A stretch of DNA of 64,000 bases from NCBI GenBank assembly GCA_001600695.1, contig BCKQ01000001.1:476279-540278 (forward strand), given 5' to 3'. This document shows, piece after piece, positions 46,901-59,386 of the stretch (position 1 is the stretch's first letter; each line of letters opens with the position of its first letter). The notes beneath the pieces were generated by a model. That model saw nothing but the letters and a program-made list of their open reading frames with translations. It was not told the origin of the DNA and searched no databases. The position numbers and the translations under genes were made by a program. Source of the stretch: Ascoidea asiatica JCM 7603 (lineage: Eukaryota > Fungi > Ascomycota).

Positions 46901-48950
46901 ATGTGATTTTGAATAACAGAAAAAAGAAAATTTTTAAAGTCTTTTTTTGTTTCAATAGTTTCAATCAATATTAATAATATCTTGATTCTTATCTTGAAAT
47001 TTACTAGTGTAAGACTATTATGAGATTTTCATATATCAATTAGATTATAATTTTGGTTGCAAAATAGATTAAAAAAAAAAAGTAGATTGATTAATAATTA
47101 ATTCAAAATTACTTATCAGTATGATATAAATATTTCTGCAGTGAATTTGAATAAAATCAGTATAAGAAATACAATTAATAAAATAATTTCTCTTTCTGTT
47201 TCTTTACTGGTCCTTTTCAAGATAACAAAGTTTGTAAAAAATTTAAATGTGTTACAGTACAGTAAATGTTTTAAATATTTTACATGTTTTAGATGTTTGA
47301 AATCTTTAAAATTTTTAAAATGTCTCACATGTTTTACAAAATTTATATAAATGTTCTTTTTTTTTTTGTATTTATTTGATACGAGAACCTAAATAAAGTA
47401 CCCAAATATGAATTAAAATAAATTTTCAAAAATCTTTTTCAATTTGAAAGTATACACTTCGACAAAATATATCCATAAAATTATCAATTTCAATATTTGT
47501 TTGTAAAATTTTTAGTAATTGATATACTGAAATAAATAATTTTGTACAATATTTTATCATCATTAATATAATTGATATGATTTTCTTTAGTAAGAAACAT
47601 GTCTATGAAAATATTTTAAAATTATTGAATACAACCACATAGTGTCTTAGACATTTTTCTATTGAACTTTATACTAATAGTTTTAAAACAATATGGATCA
47701 GATAGATAGTAATAATAATAGTAATAAGATCTTAATTTTTAACTGAGGTTTATATACTTTTCTCATAAGGTTAAGTTAAGTTCAATTTTTAATTGTCTTA
47801 ATTATTTAAATCATGTCAGACTTTTTAATCATTTTATTCTTAAATTATTACATAATTTAAAGGTCTAAATAAAAAAATTCGAAAATTTTCAAAAAAAAAA
47901 TAAAATAAAATTATATCCTTTATCTTCGTTGAAAAATTTTTCTTAAAGAATAAATTTGTTGGAGATTAAGTCATGTTAAATTGTTGGAGTTTTTAAAAAG
48001 TGGGATAAAATACTCCACTATTTTGAAAAATATATTCTATTTACATTATGAAATTAATGAATATTTTTGAAAAAAAAAAAAAAGTGTGTAAACCAATAGC
48101 TCTAAAATGATAAATGAATGATTAAATAAATATGAAAAATGATGTAAAAAAAAACATGTATTATAATCATTTGAAATATCTCAAGGTGTACATTATTTGA
48201 TATTGATATTAATATAGATATTTATTTTTAAGATCAATACTTAATTTGGGTGTAAATTATTTTTGATCATCAACGAAAATTTTTTTAATTTAATATATTA
48301 TAAATGAAATTCTTATCATTGAATTTAAAATTTGATTGTAATTTCAAGACATTAAAGGCAGTTAAAGTACACCAAGCATATATTTGGATTTGAATCGCAT
48401 TAAAATTTCATTCTTATAAAATTTGGTATGAATAAATTTATGAAAATACTTTGAAATTTTATTCAAATTGATTACAAAACGTTTTTATCTACAAGATTTT
48501 ATACTTAACTTCTTATTGTTAATGAATTTTAAGTAGGTTAAACAAGTTAGGTAACTCTTTATATTGAATTTCATCATAAAGTAGTCTAAAAAAGAATGTA
48601 AATCACTAAAATCAAGAGCCTTTTAATTAAACCATTGAATTTCAATACTTAACTTCAATACTATTGGATTGTATAGAATTGAATTATACCAACATTTTAT
48701 TCAAATCTTGAAATTATCTCAATTTCTTCTCAATTTCTTCTCAATTTCTTCTCAATTTACCACATTTTTAGTACTGGAACAGAAAAAAAAATTAATTTTT
48801 CAAAGAAAACGTGGTCGGAATTTCCGTTTTGGGTAATTAACTTGGACGGAATATCACGTTGTTGTATTTTTTTTTTGAAATCTGAAGGTTTTTTTGGTTC
48901 ATTTTTTACAGCCTTTGCAGAAGTTGAGAAGATTCTGAAGAAGCAAGAAC
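41000..48950. other. About 8 kb gene-free block (candidate centromere, ncRNA locus or relic region)
   Basis: No credible ORF between the TRP1 start and the ECL1 3' region. It is the longest gene-free stretch in the window. Confidence 0.45.
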
Positions 48951-49343
48951 ATGAAAGATAACAAATATTTTACAAAAGAAGAGAATAATTGATAATAATA
49001 ATGAAATAATTGAGTTGATCTATATAGATGTATATATATAAATAAGTAAATAAGTAAATAAGTAAGTAAGTATCTAATAAGATCAAATTAAATTCAAATA
49101 AATTGCAAAAGAAAAAAAAAAAATGTTTGAAAAAAAAAAAAAAAGAAGTAAGGTAAACATAAGTAACTAAGTAGGTAAGTAAGTAAACAATCTCATAAAT
49201 AATGAAATATAAATGAGAAGAAGAATTTGAAGTTTGTAAAAAAAAGTAAAAAACAACCACCAAATGAGTAAGATAAATAAATATAAACATTTAAACATAT
49301 TAATAAAAAAAAAAATCATAACCAGAAATAATTAATTAAATAA

Positions 49344-50015
49344 CTATTGAGAATTTAACCATCTTGTATAATTAGAATAACCTATTGAAGAAGTTAATTG
49401 ACTTTGATTATTAATTTGTTTTTTATTTTGAGAATTGAAATATATTCTATTGTTATTGTTATTATTATTATTGTTATTATTGTTATTATTATCAGAACTA
49501 CTTGATTCATTACTTGAATCTATGTAATCAGACATTGTATTTACAGAAGAAGATTCTTGATCTTCATCATTATAATAATCATAATCATAATCAATTTCTA
49601 TATTTTTATTAATATTATTTGAATTTGAAGTTATATTTGGATTTCTATAAGTATAACTTTGATTATAACTACTATTATTATTATTATTATTATGTATAAA
49701 GTTATTATTATTAATAGGTATACTATTTTTATAAGTATCATTATCTAAAGGAGAATTTAAATATTGATCATTATCCTGATAATCATCATTTTCATATTCG
49801 AATTCTTCATCATCATCATTATTATTATTATTATTATTATTATAATTGATGTTATTATTATTATTTTCTTGAATAAGTAATTGATTTAAAAGATTTTGTC
49901 TTTGTTGTTGAATTTTTTGATCAAATAATTGACAACTTTTTGAACAATATATATTATCATATTCATTTAATTTATTTTCACAAATTATACAATATTCTTC
50001 AAAAGCTGAACTCAT
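49344..50015 (-). CDS. ECL1: Ecl1-family zinc-binding lifespan regulator
   Basis: MSSAFEEYCIICE...IYCSKSC (four Cys) and C-terminal NYTRWL. Confidence 0.85.
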   Translation of the reverse strand: MSSAFEEYCIICENKLNEYDNIYCSKSCQLFDQKIQQQRQNLLNQLLIQENNNNNINYNNNNNNNNDDDEEFEYENDDYQDNDQYLNSPLDNDTYKNSIPINNNNFIHNNNNNNSSYNQSYTYRNPNITSNSNNINKNIEIDYDYDYYNDEDQESSSVNTMSDYIDSSNESSSSDNNNNNNNNNNNNNNRIYFNSQNKKQINNQSQLTSSIGYSNYTRWLNSQ

Positions 50016-53000
50016 TTTAATTTATAATTATTTGATATTTGATATTGGGTATATAATGATATTTATGAGTAATATATTAATAAGATTATAATTATTATTA
50101 TAATTATTATAATTTGATTTAATAAAATAAAATTTTTTTTTAAAAGAAATAAATAAAATAAATTTAAAGAAATATAAATAAATGAGGAAATATATAAATA
50201 TTTATATCAAATTGAATTTTATTTTATTATATTTTATTATATTATATTATATTGTATTGTATTGTATTGTAATATTGTATAAGAGTATAGTAGAGTATAG
50301 TAAAGTAAAGTATTGTATTGAGAATTGAGTAGAATAGTGTAGAATAAATTTGAAAGTAGTGTATTGTAAGTAAAGTGTTGATTATAGAATATTATGGAAT
50401 AAAATTTTTATTTCTTTATTTCTTTATTTCTTTATTTCTTTATTAGAGATTGATATTGATATTGATATTGATATTGAAAATTAATTGAAATATGTTTAAG
50501 TGAATAAATAATTTAATTTTTAAAATAAAATTTTAAAATTAAATTGGAGAAGAGTTAAAATAATAATTTTTTTATTAAAATGTATCCGAGAATTTAAAAT
50601 TGACAGAGATTTGAAGATTTGAATATTTGAAGATTAAAATTTAAGGTAATAAGAAAGTTTTAATGTTTTAATGTTTAATGTTAATATTTTATAACTTTTA
50701 ATTGAATAATTGTATAATTTAATAATTTAATAATTTAATAAGTGAATAATTGATTAATATTATGAAATGAATTGATAAATATTTCTAATGATTTACAATA
50801 ATTTAACTTGATTTAATTTTAAAAATGGATGACTTTTAAATTAATTATGACAGAGTAAAAAAAAAATTGAAGATAATAAAAATAGACTAAATGTTATCTA
50901 TTATCTAATTATCTATTAGAAGTGTTATTTGATTAATACCAGTAGATTAATATGAAATTCTTAGTTTAAAGATGTCTTGAACTAAAAAAAAAAGAACTGA
51001 GATTTTGTAAAAAAAAAGTAATAAAGTGTATTTAAATATTTAATAAATATGAATGTAAATATAAATATTAACGATTGTTAGTTTGTTGGTTGTAAGATTT
51101 ATTGATTTATTGATAAGAAATTAGTACTATTTTAGTAAATAGATAATAGTAGTAAATAATGATTTATTTGATTGATATTGATATTAATATTGAAATTGAA
51201 ATATAAAAGAAGAAAGAGAAAGAGATTAAAAAGGAGAAAAAGAATTGAATTTATATTAATAATTGATTGATATATTATTAATCATTATTTTACTTAGTAA
51301 TTACATAGTAATTACATAGTAATTACATAGTAATTACATAGTAAGTATATTTAATATCTTAATTTATTTGATTTATTTGATATATTTCACTTATTTTCAC
51401 TAACAATCAAACCAAATTTGTCAATTGTGAAAAATTAATTAATTAATTAATAATAGAAATAATAATAATAATATTAGTAGTAGTGGTGGACTATTTGCAC
51501 GTTCATACACTCAGTCAGGATACATTTCGCCATGTTTTTCGCCATTTCTTGTAGCTTCACTCAGCCGGAACAGAGTGTGGATCAGCACAGTGAGCCTTCG
51601 AGGGCTCGTGCACGTAGCAAGATGTGAGTGAGTGAGTGTTTGTATGACTGAAGTGACTGAAGTGACTAAAGTGAGATATGACTGAGATATGACTGATGTT
51701 GTGGTGGGTTGTTGGGGTGGTGGTTGCAGTGGTTACAGTGGTTACAGTGGTGGTTACTTGGTTACTTGGTTACTAGTGGATAGTGGATAGTGGATAGTGC
51801 TAATTAATCTTCGTATTTGGCAAGCTGCACGGGAAACAGGCTACATGCAGCCCGAGATTAACGTTTGCGAAGAATTGAAAAGATTCCTCAGTGAAGTTCC
51901 TCACTCATCGACAGATTTGTTGTTCTGGAGGAGAAATCTGGGTGCGTGTTAGGTTCTTGTTAGGTTCTTGTTAGGTTCTTGTTGTCTGGGCAAGCGCTTT
52001 GCTGTTAACGTTATTATGCTGATATTCTGTTACAAAACTACTCTCCACGCCACACTCAGAAACTGGGAGAGAGTTCAAATTGAATTAGATCAGGTGTACT
52101 GACCTGTTAACTTGGTAACAACAATTATTAGCAAACAGTTGCTAATTTAGTTCCGTGCGTGTGTTACTTGAGTACTGTACAGTACTTGATTAACTTGCGG
52201 TTCCATTCGGTTCCATCAAGCTCTGTTCAGCTCCATTTAAATTTTCCACTGTGTTCTTCGGTAAATTTGGCCACATCCACTCAACCCATGTTTTTTTAAC
52301 AACGCTTTTGTGCTTTTATTCTATTCTCTTCCACCGCCACGTGAGCCACGGGGCTGGAACAGTTTCATCCACACTCCACACTCCAAACAGTTTACAAACA
52401 CTCAGTCAGTCAATCCACAGTCCGCGTTCCGTGTCCCGTGTCCCGTGTCCCGTGCGGGCTTCAAGGGACTTTGAAATCTCCTGGAAATCTCCTGGAAATC
52501 TCCTGGAAATCTCCTGGAGGAAAAAAGAAGGAAAAAGAGGAAAAAAAGGAACAAAAGGAACTGAAACGAGCCTTGAGCTATTATCCTGTACCGACAATTA
52601 CTTCTGCGTAACATTGGTGTATCTTACAGCACTAGAGCACCACTTTAGTACTACAGTACCACTTTAGTACTACTGGGTTACATGTTTTATATTTTGTACC
52701 AATAGATTAAACACCAACTAAGTAACAAACACAATTTACACATTCTCACGTAGTTAATTCAAGTACAGTAGCGGTACGATATCAGTTTGCCTTTATCAAT
52801 CATCAGATCATGTTTTATTACTATTTATCTATTTATCTATCTATCTATCTATCTACAATTGCTATGATGAAATTTATTAAGGACATATTGAAAAACGGGA
52901 AATGGGAATAAAAAAGAAATAATTTTGTTTTTTTTATTGAAAAACAGGAAAAAACACATGTTATCAAAGTACTACTGTAAGTTAATTAATAAGTGCACCC

Positions 53001-55253
53001 TTTATTACACTTTTATTACACCCGTGGGGCATGTGGGAAAAATGGGAATCAATTTATATTTTATAATATGAAATTATTTATTATTCTCTTTACTAAATGA
53101 CTCACTTGATTATAAATAAAAATTTTTTTCAAAGTCATTAAATAGTTACTCTTTCTGGAAAGTATTTTGGAAAATTTTTTTGTTTGTTTGTTTGTTTGTT
53201 TTTTTATTTGTTTTGAAATTTGTACCTGTATTTTATTTGTAAATAAATATACCCCATTCTTTAATCCGTTCCTAAAGAAAAAGTTAAGAAAAGAAAAATA
53301 TTCATATTTATGGTATTGAAATTTGAAATTTGAAAATTTCGTTTTGTTTCAAATCAAATCAAATCAAATCAAATCAAATATTTTACTTTTTTTCACAAAT
53401 CACAGTAATTAAATAAAATCATTTTAAAATTCTATATTTTGTTATTTTTTGTAATCAATTCTAAATATATTGCTCAAGCAATATTATAATAGATAAATAG
53501 ATAACTAAATAAATAAATAACTAACTAAATAATTTAAAAGGAAACTTTCCGAGACTCAGACCATCGATTTGTTAAAGTTAGGGCTACATTGCAAGACTTG
53601 CACTGGCTTAAACACACAACTTTAAGCATTAACGCAAGTATTATGCCCAAATGTGGTTGTCAACAGAAGTTGATATAATTACCATATCATTAAAATTGAG
53701 CAGATTTAACTTTAAACTGCACTCAAAAATAAGTTAACGTTTGTTTATATTCTGCAATAAAATTTTAACAACTTTAACAACATTAACGTAATCTCAAAGT
53801 AAGGTAAAAGTAAGGTAATAACGCAATTGCACGTTACATATTTGTAACATTAATGTCAATAACAACAATAATACTCCATTACGAGATCATAATAATAATT
53901 AATAAATAGATGAATAAATAAATAAATAATAGATGTTGGATGACATTGTAATGTTGAAAATAATTTTATATTTGAACTACGTAATTTGCTTCTAGATCAT
54001 TCATTTTATTTAAACACATGTTTTACTATTTATTTATAATAGTGATGGATATGAAAAATAATTGAACTTATAATTTCAAAAATAAATTTCAACAATTTTC
54101 ATAATCATAAATTTCAACATTTTCAATCAAAATTAATCATTTAATTAATTTGGGTAATTTGGTTCAATTAAAGTTAAACAGTCTGTTAATAATATCTTTT
54201 TAACCATTAACCATTAACCATTAACCTTTAACCATTAATTATTACAGTAATATGTGATTAATTAATCAATTAAGTAATTACTTAATTATATTCAACCGTT
54301 ACTGAGGAAAATAACCTTAATAACCTTAATAACTACAACAAAATAATTATCCATGATCCTGAATATTGGTTTCGATTTGTTTCGATTTGTTTCGATTTGT
54401 TTCGATTTAAAAGTAATAAGAATTTATAAATTTGATCTGGTTTTGAAACTTGAAATTCACAATTTCTTTAAGTCCAAATTCTACTTACCAATTTAATCCT
54501 ATGGTATTCAATTACATAAGCTTAATTCCACTTACATTTTATTTGTGGTGTTTGTGGTGTTTGTGGTGTTTGTGGTGTTTCTAAAGCACCAGATCTCGTG
54601 TCTGAGACGTAAACCCATCTGCAGTAGTACCATCTCCACTGCCACTGGTAACCATCTTTGTAGTAATAGTAATAATAGCAATAGTAACAATAGTACCACT
54701 TACACAGAACCACCACCCAGGATCAATTAATGCCCTGCAATCAACATCATAAACCATGTTGAATTTAATTATTCCATTTCCACCTTCTTTTCATTTCTTG
54801 TACCAATAACCAATGGTAATTTTACGCGTTAACATTTAAATTTAAATTTAAATTAAAATTAAAATTAAAATTTAATTTCACTTGTCCTAGAATGTCCTAT
54901 AATTTTGAACTTCATATCCTACGTCCCAATTTAAAAATAAAAAAAAAAAAAAAAAAAAAAAACAATCCCAAATATTCTAAAGAGTCATCCCTCTGTCCTA
55001 TTGCGTCTTGAATATTTTTTCATTTATTCTTTTTATCTCTCGGTTGTTTATTTCCGCCCGATAAATTTAAATTTCTTTAATATGTTTAATAAATATCGAC
55101 AATTTAAATTATATTTAATTCAATTTACAGCCAATATTTTCAATAATATATATAAATTAATCAAATTTGAATAATAATAAATAAATAACTATTCATATTC
55201 TTCTATTCATATTCTCTTATATAATTATATTCTTATATAAACAAATATAAAAA

Positions 55254-56378
55254 ATGTCATTGAAAAAAGTTTTAATAATTGGTAAAATTTATCCAGAAGA
55301 TTTATCATTTATACAATTTTCAAAAAAATTTGAAATAATTTTATATAATTATATTTCAAAATCTAAATTTATAAATGATTTAATTACAATTTATAATGAT
55401 ATTTCTGCAATTTGGTTATCTCATGGTGGTTTATTATCAAAAAATGGTTATGATGAATTTGATAATAATTTATATAATTCATTACCAAATTCTTTAAAAT
55501 GTATAGTTTTATGTTCAATTGGTTATGATAGATATGATATAAAAAAATTAAAAGATTTAAATATAATTTTATGTAATAGAAATTCAATTGGTTCAAATGA
55601 TGTTGCTGATTTAGCTCTATATAATGTTTTAATGTCTTTTAGATATATAAATTTATTTGAAAATCAATTAAAAATTTCTGGGGATACTATAAATTCAAGA
55701 ATTAATTTATCTTCAAATAATTTTAATTATAAAATTGGTAAATCAATTTTAATTTCAAAAAATGATCCAAATAGAAAATTTTTTGCTTTAGGTGATTTAA
55801 TTTCTGGTAAAAAAGTTACAAGTCCAAATGGTAAAATTGCTGCAATTATTGGTTTAGGTGAAATTGGTAAACAAATTGCAATAAGATTAAATTCATTGGG
55901 TATGATAATTCATTATTATAAAAGAAATAAAATTTCAAATTCCAATTTAAATTTAAATTTTAATTTTAATTTTAATTTAACTTATCATAATAATTTTAAT
56001 TCAATTATTAAAATTGCAGATATTATAATTTTTGCATTACCTTTATCAAAAGAAACAAAATATTTATTTAATTTTGATTCATTAAAATTAATTAAAAAAA
56101 ATGTAAAAATTGTTAATATTTCAAGAGGTCAAATTATTAATGAATTAGCTTTAATTAAAGGTTTAGAAGATGGTATTATAAGTTATGCAGCTTTAGATGT
56201 TTTTGAAAATGAATCAAATATTAATCCAAAATTAATAAATAGAGATGATGTAACTATAACTCCTCATATTGGTTCTTCAACTTATGATCAAGTTATTGAT
56301 AGTTTTAAATTATGTCAAGATAATATTATTGATATTTTACTTAATAATGGTACTGGAATTTCTCCAGTTAATCTATAA
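55254..56378 (+). CDS. D-isomer-specific 2-hydroxyacid dehydrogenase (glyoxylate/hydroxypyruvate reductase-like)
   Basis: SIGYD, IIGLGEIG Rossmann motif, VNISRG, LDVFENE, ITPHIGS. Confidence 0.93.
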   Translation: MSLKKVLIIGKIYPEDLSFIQFSKKFEIILYNYISKSKFINDLITIYNDISAIWLSHGGLLSKNGYDEFDNNLYNSLPNSLKCIVLCSIGYDRYDIKKLKDLNIILCNRNSIGSNDVADLALYNVLMSFRYINLFENQLKISGDTINSRINLSSNNFNYKIGKSILISKNDPNRKFFALGDLISGKKVTSPNGKIAAIIGLGEIGKQIAIRLNSLGMIIHYYKRNKISNSNLNLNFNFNFNLTYHNNFNSIIKIADIIIFALPLSKETKYLFNFDSLKLIKKNVKIVNISRGQIINELALIKGLEDGIISYAALDVFENESNINPKLINRDDVTITPHIGSSTYDQVIDSFKLCQDNIIDILLNNGTGISPVNL

Positions 56379-56449
56379 AACTAAGATACAGTATATAATT
56401 ATAATCTATTTTATAATAACGAATAAAATGTGATAAATTGTATTATTCC

Positions 56450-57240
56450 TTTAATTTCAATAATCTTCTTTCTGTTTCTTTTAAATTGAAAAAAGAAAAA
56501 AAAAAAGAATCTTTAAAAAAATCTTCTTCTTTTTCATTCTCATTCTCAAATTTTTTTCCATTCATTATCTTTTCTTAAGATCTGGTCATCATCTTTAATG
56601 TTATCCTTTAGATTTTAAATATCATTTGATTGAGAACTTTCAGTTGAATTTAGATTATCATAAAAAACTAGAAGGTAAAGATATGAATTTTTTACTTCTT
56701 TTAACTCTAGAAGAAGTAGAAGAAATAGAAGAAATAGAAGAAGTTTTGTTATTTTTCAATTTACCAATATATTTTAGTTAAAGAACATTCTTTTATATCA
56801 TTTTTCCCAAAATTATCATTAATTTTTTTATTCTTTTTGCTTTTAAAAGTTTTTCTAACTTATTTTGCATTGATTTACTTATTATGATTATCATCAAAAT
56901 CATTATTATTAAAATGATTAACAAGTATTATTTAACTAATTTTTTTGAAATAAATGTTAATTCAAGAATGATTAAAAGATTGAAATTATTTTGAAATTTT
57001 AAAATTTTTTGAAACAGTTGATAAATCAGGTTTTGGATCAGGATGAGAATTATATCAATAAATAGCTTCATTTAAACATTTATGATTTTCTTTGAATGGA
57101 TAAGCAGATGACTTTTTTTTACTTTCATTTCAATTCTTCTCATTTCTTCTGTTTCTTATTTTTTGTTTATTTTATTTTCCGAATAATAATTTATTTTTAA
57201 AACTATTTCATTGATTGAGTAATTGATGTTTTCTTTTCAT
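56450..57240 (-). pseudogene. Decayed coding relic with a psq/CENP-B-type HTH-like segment
   Basis: 57111-56986 translates as SSAYPFKENHKCLNEAIY*YNSHPDPKPDLSTVSKNFKISK*. Flanks read as stop-riddled K/E/D-rich frames. Boundaries are approximate. Confidence 0.4.
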
Positions 57241-59386
57241 TTTTTTTAACCTACTTCATATGAATTTCTATTTTTAATAATATCCAAAGAGAAGACTATC
57301 CAAAGAGAAGACTACATGAAATATCATATTACTATTCAATAAAAAGTAATAAAAAAGTATCATTGTTACTATTAATTATAAAACTATTCAAGTCACAAAA
57401 TGATTTAGAAACACAACGCCAATATCTTGGGAGTTCTTTTGGTTTCCGAATGCGGAAATTTACAGATTTACATCAAATCCAATTACTCTCATTGTTTTAA
57501 CAATTTTTACGTAATCAAACGTGAATATATGAGACCAAATTATTGGATCCATTTCTTTTGAATTTTTAATATAGAAAATGACTTCCTTGAAGTGTTTTTA
57601 AGATCTTTGAAGTTTTAAAGTGAAAACCTGGAGAAAAATAAATGATTTGAAGCAAGAGAATAGAAAAATGAATTAATTGATGTGAGAAAGTGAATATTTT
57701 ATTAATAGTTGACTTGATTTGTATTCTTAATTCTATTCTTAATTATCATAAAGAAAAGCTTTTAAAAAAAAAATAAAAAATAGAACCTGACTCAATATTG
57801 TTTCTTTGTAATTATTATTGATATTATTGTTTTGATAAATATTCAAATTTACAGAGTTTCCTAACTCGTCTTAAGACAATTGATTGTTACGTAACTTTTT
57901 TTTCAATTTAGAACATTTTAGAACATTTCAGAGCCAAATCGAGCCTGCTGCAAACACCGAGAAAAAAAAGAAAAAAAAAGAAAAAAATGTTCATGCGCCG
58001 GTAACATGTTTATGGCCGTGCTATAATGCATTAAGAGTGATTTATCAGTGGCTTTCAAATACCATCAAAAGCCGAGAATTTTTAACGCTGGCAAAAACGC
58101 ATTTTCAAACGGATGTTTTATTTTGGGAATGAATTAGACGGCGACGCCACCCGATTTCTGTTCAAATTTACCAGAGAACCAAAAATTTATTCTTTCTATG
58201 TAAATTTGATGATCTTGAGACCATTTCTGGTTACATATTTTATACGTAATAATAAATAAAATAGTAATATCTGGGTAAAAATTGAAAATACCTGAAATTC
58301 AGGTTTTAATAAATAGGCTCACCATAACTTCACCATAACTAAACCATAACAGTGCCGTAAACAGACAGAAAAACAACGCGTGAGAAATAGTAATAAATAT
58401 TCCCAATTTGATTGACAGACAGAGTTCGATTGTCCATGTTTCAGCGCGGTATGGACGTGACGGACCAGAGACACGGGTCTGGAATCTCTGCGAGGTTTGA
58501 CTTGGCAGGCAGGTCACGCGACCCGGTTGCTACTAATAGGTGGGGCAGGAGCCAAGCTTTGCAAGGAACCACGACGCAACATTACAGGTACAATGCACCG
58601 ACATACGTTTGTTAACAGTGATGGGCGTATCAACAAGTGGATTCCCGGGAATCTGAGCCAACGGGGAGCTGGGCTGCCTGCGAGTGCCTTTCAAGTGCCT
58701 TATTCGGCAGATATACATGCATTCCGGCCTTGAACATTGTCACTCGCTTTCAACACCATTCAAAACCAGCCCCAGCTTCACTTTTTCATATCAATTCTTT
58801 TTTTAAATACCTTCATTTATCATCTTACAAAATTATCTTTCAATTCTATAATTTCCTTTCTTTCTTTTCTCTTTCTTCTTTCTTTCTAATTTCTTGATTC
58901 CTAATTTTTTTCTTTCCATTTCATTTATCTAATTGTAATAAATTACTAACAATTTTGAATCAAATATAATCTAATAAAATTCATTTAATTTAAAGAAATA
59001 TAAATTTAATTCAAGTCGTCTAGACTATCATATTTCTTTTTTTACTCTCTTTAAAAAACCAACTATTATTCTTTCCTTAATTTTTACTGGTTTCAATATA
59101 ATAATAATCTATATAATTACTTACTTTTATATAGTTTTTTAGTCTTTCATTATAATTAAAAAAAAACATAATTTAGAAAAGTATTATTTACTTATTATAT
59201 TTCCTGTCAGATTCATTCCTTAATTTAAGATTTATTTCCTGTATAACTAATTAATTATTTTAATCAAATTAATCAATTATTTATTCAATTAACAAAAAAA
59301 AAAAAAAAAAAAAAAAAACAATCAAACAAATAACTCAAAAGAATTTTTAAAAATTTCAATTATTTCTATTTCTATTTCTATTTCTA

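Noticed and set aside
49170-49184. TACTTACCT on the minus strand resembling the U1 snRNA 5' end
   Set aside because: Embedded in an AAGT microsatellite in the ECL1 3' region with no U1 structure.
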